From assembly GCA_036390755.1 (NCBI GenBank), contig DASWBH010000389.1, positions 7,269-71,268 of the forward strand: 64,000 bases of DNA, given 5' to 3'. Shown piece by piece: positions 57,491 through 64,000 of this stretch. Position 1 is the stretch's first letter, and each line of letters opens with the position of its first letter. Below the pieces are notes generated by a model. It had not been told where the DNA came from, ran no database searches, and was given only the letters and a program-made list of their open reading frames with translations. The stretch comes from Thermoanaerobaculia bacterium. GTDB lineage: Bacteria; Acidobacteriota; Thermoanaerobaculia; Gp7-AA8. The position numbers and the translations under genes are program-made.

Positions 57491-58345
57491 ATGAAACGCG
57501 TGTTCGCAACGATCCTCGTGCTCCTGACCGCGACGGCCGCGCTGGCGCAGATTGCCGACGGTGATCAGCATTGGAACGCGAGAGCGGAGGGAAGCCAGAA
57601 CGGGCACGCGAAAGCCGACCACATCAACGCGGCGATTGCGGCGTACCAGCGAGCGATCGCGTCGGATCCGACGGATCTCGAAGCCCGATGGAAACTCCTG
57701 CGCGCCATGCGCTTCAAAGGCGCGTATGTCGCCTTTTCGAACGACGAGAAGCGCCAGATCTACGGCGAGGGGAAGAAGGCCGGCGAGGAGACGCTCTCGG
57801 TTCTCGACAAGCGGCTCGCGGCAAAGGGCATCAACTCCGTGTCCAAAGCCACCGAGACGCAGGTCGCCGACGTGGCGAAAACGATCCCGGGAGCGGCGGA
57901 GATCTTTCTGTGGGACGCGATCAACTGGGGCGAGTGGGCGCTGGCGTACGGTAAGTTCGCCGCGGCGCGCGAAGGCGCGGCCGATCGCATCCGGCGCGAG
58001 GCCACGATCGCGAACATCATCGATCCCAAACTCGAAGGCGGCGCCCCCTCCCGCGTCCTGGGGCGCCTGCACGATCAGACGCCGCGAATTCCGTTCCTCA
58101 CCGGCTGGGCATCGAGCCGTCAGGCGGTGAAGTTCCTCAACGACTCGCTGAAGATCGATCCGAACAACAAGATCACGATCGTTTTCCTGGCCGAGGCGAT
58201 GGTGAACAATGACGCGGACACGAGGCCGCAGGCGGTTCAGATGCTGAAGAGCGCGGTGACCGCGCCGGTCGACACGAGCTTCGTCGTCGAGCAGAGCGCC
58301 GCGCTAAACGACGCGAAGACGCTGCTCAGGAAGTGGGGCGCGTAA
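57491..58345 (+). CDS. Secreted hypothetical protein
   Basis: An AGGAGG SD 4 nt upstream of the ATG. Signal peptide MKRVFATILVLLTATAALA. Helical repeat-like body. Confidence 0.5.
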   Translation: MKRVFATILVLLTATAALAQIADGDQHWNARAEGSQNGHAKADHINAAIAAYQRAIASDPTDLEARWKLLRAMRFKGAYVAFSNDEKRQIYGEGKKAGEETLSVLDKRLAAKGINSVSKATETQVADVAKTIPGAAEIFLWDAINWGEWALAYGKFAAAREGAADRIRREATIANIIDPKLEGGAPSRVLGRLHDQTPRIPFLTGWASSRQAVKFLNDSLKIDPNNKITIVFLAEAMVNNDADTRPQAVQMLKSAVTAPVDTSFVVEQSAALNDAKTLLRKWGA

Positions 58346-58928
58346 GCGCGACGACGATCTCGCCGGTCGCGAACGTCTCCACTTCCGCGAAGCGAAGGCC
58401 GCTGGCGGTTTCCGCTTCGAAATGAAGCGGCACGCGCTTGAGCGTCTCGATCGCGCCGCCGTGCTGCTTCCACACAGCTTCTTTCGCGGACCAGAAGTGA
58501 AGCATCGGGTCGGCGATCCTGTGTTCGCGCATCACCGCCGCTTCGTCATCAGTCAGAAACAGATGCGCGGCCGTTTCGCGCACGTGCCGGCGTCGCTCGA
58601 CATCGATTCCGACCGGCGCGGCGTCGATGGCCGCGGCCGCAAATCCGCCGGAGTGTGCGATCGACACAAATCTTTTCGCATCGACTCCGCCGACCATCAG
58701 CCGCTGTCGATCGGACACGCAGTCGCGCGCCGACCGGCAGAGACCGAGCTCGATCGCCAACAGCTTGACCGCCAGCCGGCCGTGCCTCCACTCGGTCCGG
58801 CGCTTTTGCAGCCGGAAGGACTGGCTCATCGCCAGCTCGTCCGGGGTAAACCAGCCGTCGGAGAACAGCGCGTCGCCGATCACGAGCGCGCGGCCACGCC
58901 ACGACTCCGGCAGTGCGATGCGCGTCAT
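58326..58928 (-). CDS. 4'-phosphopantetheinyl transferase (Sfp/EntD type)
   Basis: ..VGIDVERRRHV.. and ..FWSAKEAVWK.. motifs. Confidence 0.75.
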   Translation of the reverse strand: MTRIALPESWRGRALVIGDALFSDGWFTPDELAMSQSFRLQKRRTEWRHGRLAVKLLAIELGLCRSARDCVSDRQRLMVGGVDAKRFVSIAHSGGFAAAAIDAAPVGIDVERRRHVRETAAHLFLTDDEAAVMREHRIADPMLHFWSAKEAVWKQHGGAIETLKRVPLHFEAETASGLRFAEVETFATGEIVVALTRPTS

Positions 58929-61900
58929 GGCTTCGGCGACGGCACCGCGGCGACGAACTGGCTCGAGCCGTCGCCGCCGACGACGGTCGCGTAACCGATG
59001 CAGGTTCCGGCGATCATCGTGATGTCGACGATATCGTTCTCGTCGATCACGACGCCAAGGCGTTGCTCCGCGTCGGTCAAATGAAACGACTCATCTTCGG
59101 CGAGGCCTTCGGAGTAAGGCCGCCCGATCTCGCGGCCGCTCGGCGTTCGCACGGAGATCCGAAACGTTGCCGGGATCTCGCCGACATTCACGAGTCCGAC
59201 GTTGATGCGCCGGACGGACGGACCGCCGCCAGGCAGGCCGACGATGGTGAGGTCGTTCGATTCCGATCCGGCGCGCGCGGCGTCGCGCGTCGACAGCGGG
59301 CTCTCGAGCGAGCCGCTCGAGCGCCGGTTCGCGTCGTACGTGTCGATCCGCGCGACCGGGCCCTGCCCGCGGCGATACTCGATCAACAGGATGCCGAGGC
59401 TGTCGGGAGCGGCGAAGAGGGTCTTGACGACGTCGCGCCAGCGCAGCGTCTGCTGCGGCGCGAGCGTGACCCGCCGGTCGATGCGCGTGTCGCCGGCGAC
59501 GTAGCGCATGCGAAGGGCGAGCTCGCCGCTCAGCGGATTTCGCAGCGTCAGATCGGAGCGCCAGAAGGCGCCGTTCGCGCCGGGTGTGCTTCCCACCGAC
59601 GGAAAGATCAGCCGCGACGGTGCGCCGCTCTCCCCGAGCTCTTTCATCGACGGCACGCGAATCAGCCGCAGATAGCTGCTGATCGACGGCGTTCGTACAG
59701 CCGCCTTGCGCGTCCACAACTCCACGCCGCGAACCGAGCGCGCGTACGCGTAGTGATCATCGATGTATGCCGCGACAGCCTGCGCACGTACCGAGTTCTC
59801 CACGCCGTCGAACACGTCGAAGCCCTGAGGCGAGCGGCGGATGACGACTTGAGGCCGGCTGCGCTCGAGCGCTTCGATCGTCTCTCGCTGGTACGCAGCC
59901 GGCGAGAGGATCGGCACCTGGTAGAACCGCGTGGGGTTCGGCCGGTTCAGGAAAAAGTAGAACGCCGGCTGATTCGAAAAGTCGAAGATCGGACTTCCCT
60001 TCGGACTGAGGGCGAACACGTGAAAGCGAACCGCCTCGATGCGGCTGTTCACCTCGCCGGCGAGCGCCTCATGAATGACTCCGTTCGCGCGCGGCTGGTA
60101 GTGCACGAGATCGTCGAGCCGCATGTTCATCACGTCAGGAACCCACAGCGCCGTGGCGACGAGTGGCGCGATCGCGACGGCGGCGAGCACGAGAAACGCC
60201 GGACCGTTCGCTTCCCGCTCACGCCAGAGCGCCGCTGCGCTGCGAACCGCGAGGACGAGGAGCGCGAGGATCAGCGGGCCGATCAGAAACGCCGAGAAGT
60301 ACTGATGCGCGAAGTCGGCGCGGCCGAGCGCGCTCCGTTGCGTCAGCACTGCGAAGCACGTCAGCGCAAGGGCCGCGACGTCGATCCACTCGCTCTTCCG
60401 CCGGATCGCGCGCTGGGCGAGGCAGGCGATCGCCATACCGATGACCAGCGGGTTGAGCACGTAGCGGAAGTTCTCAGTGATCAGGAAATCGGTGACCGTC
60501 CGCAGGCTGAGATTGTTGCGGAACGTCGCCGCCAGGTCGGGAAACGGCAGCGACCAGATCGCATCGATGATGCTGGGCACCGCAACGAACGACGTGTCAG
60601 CAAACGCGCCGAGGGCACCGCGTGAGCCGAGGTAGACGAGAAACGGCACCGCACCGGCGATGACGCCGGCGATGAACGACGCGATGCCGCGCAACCGGCC
60701 GGCGAAGGCCAGAAAGATCAGCGCTCCGCCGACGGAGTAAAGGCCGATGTCGAAGCTGAAGAACAGCGCGACGCCGGCGAACACGCCGCCGAGAAAAATC
60801 AGCAGCGGGCGTACCCGGCCGCGAACGCCGGCGATCACGAACGCAAGCACCGCGATCTCGAAGAAGATGCGCTCGTTGTCGAGCGTCGTCACGGCGCCGA
60901 GAAACATGGTGGCGATCGCGAGCGGAATCGAGTCGAAGATCGCCATGCCGACGTACCAGAGCGCCGGCGAGGCGAATGCGCCGAGGACGACGGGACGGGC
61001 CAGGCAGACTTCGAGCTTGCGTCCGAAGATCTGCATCAGCCACGCGTCGAGCTGACCGTCGTGCATCAGTCCGTGCAGCACGAAGACATCGCGGTACGGA
61101 ACTTTGCCGCGCAGGTAGTCGGAGGCGGGCCCGAGCGACTCGCCGCGATGAAAGAGGTCGAGCCACTGCGTCACGTTCGCGCTCGACGCGTAGCTGAAGC
61201 AGTAGAGGAGCAGCGGAATCGCGGCGTACGCGACGATGCTGCGCACTCGATGCGCGGGCTCGATCGCGCCGCCGTTGAGCGCAACGACCACTCCAATGAG
61301 CAGCTCGACGAGCACGATCGAGATGGCGATCCACGAGGGCACGAACATGAGGCCGAACAGCGGAAGAACCGTCAGCGGCAGAGTTGCCACGGCGAGCCGC
61401 TTCAGCGCCGTCTCGAAGTCGATGTCGATCAGCAGCGACGCGACGCGCGCAATGAACGCGAAGACGATCCAGAACAGCAGAAGGAAGAACAGGACGAAGA
61501 CGACTTCGAGGAAGAGCGTCGGCACATGCGCGATGCGCTTCGCGGCGGCGATGTAGCGGAAGAGAATCCAGGCGAACGCGCTCGTCAGGATCATCGCGTG
61601 ATACGCCGCGAAGTCGGCGCGGAACAGCTCGCGCAGCCAGCGCGTCCGCTGCACGACGATGATTGCAGCAGGAAGTGCCAGGCCGGCTGCGATCGGGATC
61701 AACAGCGGCCATCCCCACTTCGATGTCGTCAGGTACAGAAACGGCGCGATGAAGAAAGGCGTGAGAAAAAGCAGCGAAATCAGATTGTGTTGCCCGGCGG
61801 CACGCCGCCGTAACGCTGCATCGGCGCGAACGCCGTACCGGTGCAGAAGAAGCGTGAGCGCCGGCACCAGCACGAAGAACAATCCTTCCGTCGCGTAGTC

Positions 61901-62077
61901 GCGGAGCTTCGATACGTTCTCGATCGTGACGATGCCGACGGCAATGTGTGCGGTCGGCGGCAGGGCGCGCAACAGGAGCGTCGACGCCAGGAAAATGCCG
62001 CACGCGTAGCAGAAAGCCGCGACCCAGATCAGAGCGGCGATGACCCGCTGCGGCAGATCACGCCCGGCGTCAAGCAC
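58925..62077 (-). CDS. Very large polytopic membrane protein (about 20 TM helices) with a roughly 330-aa C-terminal extracytoplasmic domain; possible GT-C-like glycosyl/arabinosyltransferase
   Basis: 1050 aa. The first two thirds are dominated by hydrophobic helices. The C-terminal third is soluble and beta-rich (..TLRNPLSGELALRMRYVAGDTRIDRRVTLAPQQTLRW..). 4-nt overlap with the PPTase gene. Confidence 0.55.
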   Translation of the reverse strand: MLDAGRDLPQRVIAALIWVAAFCYACGIFLASTLLLRALPPTAHIAVGIVTIENVSKLRDYATEGLFFVLVPALTLLLHRYGVRADAALRRRAAGQHNLISLLFLTPFFIAPFLYLTTSKWGWPLLIPIAAGLALPAAIIVVQRTRWLRELFRADFAAYHAMILTSAFAWILFRYIAAAKRIAHVPTLFLEVVFVLFFLLLFWIVFAFIARVASLLIDIDFETALKRLAVATLPLTVLPLFGLMFVPSWIAISIVLVELLIGVVVALNGGAIEPAHRVRSIVAYAAIPLLLYCFSYASSANVTQWLDLFHRGESLGPASDYLRGKVPYRDVFVLHGLMHDGQLDAWLMQIFGRKLEVCLARPVVLGAFASPALWYVGMAIFDSIPLAIATMFLGAVTTLDNERIFFEIAVLAFVIAGVRGRVRPLLIFLGGVFAGVALFFSFDIGLYSVGGALIFLAFAGRLRGIASFIAGVIAGAVPFLVYLGSRGALGAFADTSFVAVPSIIDAIWSLPFPDLAATFRNNLSLRTVTDFLITENFRYVLNPLVIGMAIACLAQRAIRRKSEWIDVAALALTCFAVLTQRSALGRADFAHQYFSAFLIGPLILALLVLAVRSAAALWREREANGPAFLVLAAVAIAPLVATALWVPDVMNMRLDDLVHYQPRANGVIHEALAGEVNSRIEAVRFHVFALSPKGSPIFDFSNQPAFYFFLNRPNPTRFYQVPILSPAAYQRETIEALERSRPQVVIRRSPQGFDVFDGVENSVRAQAVAAYIDDHYAYARSVRGVELWTRKAAVRTPSISSYLRLIRVPSMKELGESGAPSRLIFPSVGSTPGANGAFWRSDLTLRNPLSGELALRMRYVAGDTRIDRRVTLAPQQTLRWRDVVKTLFAAPDSLGILLIEYRRGQGPVARIDTYDANRRSSGSLESPLSTRDAARAGSESNDLTIVGLPGGGPSVRRINVGLVNVGEIPATFRISVRTPSGREIGRPYSEGLAEDESFHLTDAEQRLGVVIDENDIVDITMIAGTCIGYATVVGGDGSSQFVAAVPSPKP

Positions 62078-62089
62078 GGGCCGAGTGTA

Positions 62090-63631
62090 CTAGACGGTTG
62101 CAGTCTGCTTGTTGACGGCCAGCGAAATCACCGCGTCGCACAAGGCCTGGATGCTGGCGCTCTTCGACTCCGCATCCGGGCCGCGGCCGTAGCGGCGAAT
62201 CGCTTCGCTCGTCACGGGACCGATCGACGCGACCAGCGCTCGGTTCAGGAGGCGCTTCCGCTCGTCGGGTGTGAGCATGTCGAAGAAGTTCGATACGGTC
62301 GAACCGCTCGTGAACGTGACGATGTCGATGGCGTCGTTGGCGATCAGCTCGCGCACCGATGCGAGGTCCTCGTCGACGGCCACCGTGCGATACGCGACGC
62401 CGAGGTCAACTTCGCCGCCGCGGCGGCGAAGCTCGTCGATGAGGTCGTCGCTTCCTTCGGCGGCGCGAATCACCGCTGTCCGGACGCCGCGCTGGTCGTT
62501 CCCGAGAAGAGGAAGCAGCGCGATCGACTGGAACTTGTCAGGAACGAGATCGGGGACGATGCCGCGCACGCGGAGGTCAGCGGCCGTCGTATCGCCGACC
62601 GCCGCGATCCGCGTTCCGGCGAGAGAGCGCGCGTCCTTCCCCTTCTCCATCAGACGGTCGAAGTACGAACGTACGCCGTTGACGGAAGTGAAGACGATCA
62701 GGTCGTACTTGCCGCCGATCACTCGATCGAGCGAGTCGAACGACTCCGGAGCGGCTGTCTGAATGGTCGGGAACTGCAGCACGTTCGCGCCCGCGTCGGT
62801 CAGAAGCTGCACGAGCTGCGATGCCTGCTCGCGCGCTCGTGTAACGACAACTCGCTTGCCGAAGAGCGGCTTTGATTCGAACCAGTCGATCACGTCGTGG
62901 AGCTTCACGACTTCGCCCACGACGATCAGCGCCGGCGTCGGCAGCTTCGCCTCGGCCACACGCTGCTCGATCGTCCGCAGCGTGCCCGTTACGGTGCGCT
63001 GTTCCGGCCGCGTGCCGTTCGAGATCACCGCGACCGGGCGATCGGCCGACATGCCGTTCTCGATCAACTTCTGCGAGATCACCGGCAGGTTCGCGAAACC
63101 CATCATGAAGACGATCGTTCCGTCGAGCTGCGCGAGCGCACCCCACTTGATGCCGGTCGAGCCGTCATCGGCTTCATGGCCTGTCACGAGCGTCACCGAC
63201 GTCGCGTGCGAGCGATGCGTGACCGGAATGCCGGCGTACGCCGGTCCGGCAATCGCCGACGAGATTCCCGGCACGATCTCGACCGGCACACCTGCTGCGA
63301 TCAACTCTTCCGCTTCCTCGCCGCCGCGGCCGAACACGAACGGATCGCCGCCCTTGAGCCGCACGACCTTGCGGCCCTTCTTCGCTTCGTCGACGAGCAG
63401 CTGGTTGATCTTGTCCTGCGGGAGCGTGTGCGCGCTCGATCGTTTGCCGACATAGACGATTTGCGCCGTCGGCGGAATCCGCGCGGCAATGTCCTTCGAG
63501 ACAAGGGCGTCGAGCGCGACGAGATCTGCCGACGCGATCAGCTCGGCGGCGCGCAGCGTCAGCAACCGCGCGTCTCCGGGACCGGCGCCGACGAGGTAGA
63601 CGGTTCCGAGTTTTTCACCTGGTCGTTGCAC
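62090..63631 (-). CDS. cobA: Uroporphyrinogen-III C-methyltransferase fused to uroporphyrinogen-III synthase (CobA/HemD)
   Basis: N-terminal ..VYLVGAGPGDARLLTLRA..VVRLKGGDPFVFGRGGEE.. (SUMT). C-terminal HemD-like repeats (..GKRVVVTRAREQAS..). Confidence 0.88.
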   Translation of the reverse strand: MQRPGEKLGTVYLVGAGPGDARLLTLRAAELIASADLVALDALVSKDIAARIPPTAQIVYVGKRSSAHTLPQDKINQLLVDEAKKGRKVVRLKGGDPFVFGRGGEEAEELIAAGVPVEIVPGISSAIAGPAYAGIPVTHRSHATSVTLVTGHEADDGSTGIKWGALAQLDGTIVFMMGFANLPVISQKLIENGMSADRPVAVISNGTRPEQRTVTGTLRTIEQRVAEAKLPTPALIVVGEVVKLHDVIDWFESKPLFGKRVVVTRAREQASQLVQLLTDAGANVLQFPTIQTAAPESFDSLDRVIGGKYDLIVFTSVNGVRSYFDRLMEKGKDARSLAGTRIAAVGDTTAADLRVRGIVPDLVPDKFQSIALLPLLGNDQRGVRTAVIRAAEGSDDLIDELRRRGGEVDLGVAYRTVAVDEDLASVRELIANDAIDIVTFTSGSTVSNFFDMLTPDERKRLLNRALVASIGPVTSEAIRRYGRGPDAESKSASIQALCDAVISLAVNKQTATV

Positions 63632-64000
63632 AGAGCAGCTCCATCGCGCCGTTTGCGATCAATTCGTCGTAAACCGCGCCGATCACTTCCTGAGGGTCGC
63701 GTCCGCTGCGGCGCACGCGCACCGTTCGTTTGCCGTCGTAGTCGGCGGCGAAGGCGCGGATCGTCAGTCCGTTGTTCTCGCTCGTCGTGTGAACGGCGAC
63801 GGCCGAGTAGCAGTCGAGCCGTTCGCCGAAGCGCTGCAGGACGCCGCGTTCGGACAGCGCCGCCAGTTCGCTGGCCTTCACGTTGATCGCAGCCGCCGCC
63901 TCGCGGCCGAGCGCGTTGTTCGCGAGCGTCTCGATCGCAACGATGCCCTGCCCGGCGGCCGGGATCATGTCGTCGACGGAGAAGTAGCTCGTGATCTCGG
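63615..64000 (-). CDS. hemC: Hydroxymethylbilane synthase (porphobilinogen deaminase), 3' portion; the gene continues beyond the window end
   Basis: ..PAAGQGIVAIE.. and the C-terminal domain ..LDCYSAVAVHTTSENNGLTIRAFAADYDGKR.. The stop overlaps the cobA start. Confidence 0.8.
   Translation of the reverse strand, partial: EITSYFSVDDMIPAAGQGIVAIETLANNALGREAAAAINVKASELAALSERGVLQRFGERLDCYSAVAVHTTSENNGLTIRAFAADYDGKRTVRVRRSGRDPQEVIGAVYDELIANGAMELLCATTR

Noticed and set aside
62090-63631. The CobA-HemD fusion as a novelty
   Set aside because: Fused uroporphyrinogen-III methyltransferase/synthase proteins are well known in many bacteria. It is annotated as a feature only.

Overview
High-GC bacterial chromosome segment of about 60 genes, mostly housekeeping. 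The gene content indicates a Gram-negative (diderm) organism. The TPR, DUF4388 and Omp85 repertoire is reminiscent of Acidobacteria, Gemmatimonadetes or Myxococcota, but that cannot be settled from the sequence alone. I found no rRNA, tRNA or CRISPR array. Clearly recognisable genes include lepB (3' fragment), eno, fabI, gltX, the conserved xseA-xseB-ispA-dxs-tlyA block, pcrA/uvrD, tatA, rfbD, mlaEF, alr, fmt, rsmB, hup, a cobA-hemD fusion and hemC (partial). The features worth follow-up are: (1) a 2409-aa single ORF that fuses a TamB/AsmA-like periplasm-spanning protein to a BamA/TamA-like Omp85 (POTRA repeats plus beta-barrel); (2) a periplasmic rhodanese whose reading frame runs through a TGA codon exactly at the catalytic-Cys position, making it a candidate selenoprotein; (3) two families of short palindromic repeats inserted in-frame inside conserved genes (glycerate kinase; PcrA helicase and IspA), which resembles Rickettsia RPE elements; (4) a Fur-headed operon combining an FTR1 iron permease with an ApbE flavin transferase, a secreted FMN-binding protein, a His-rich 4-TM protein and an outer-membrane beta-barrel, a candidate flavin-based reductive iron-uptake or extracytoplasmic electron-transfer module. 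Many long ORFs on the opposite strand of real genes are GC3-bias artefacts and are not annotated.
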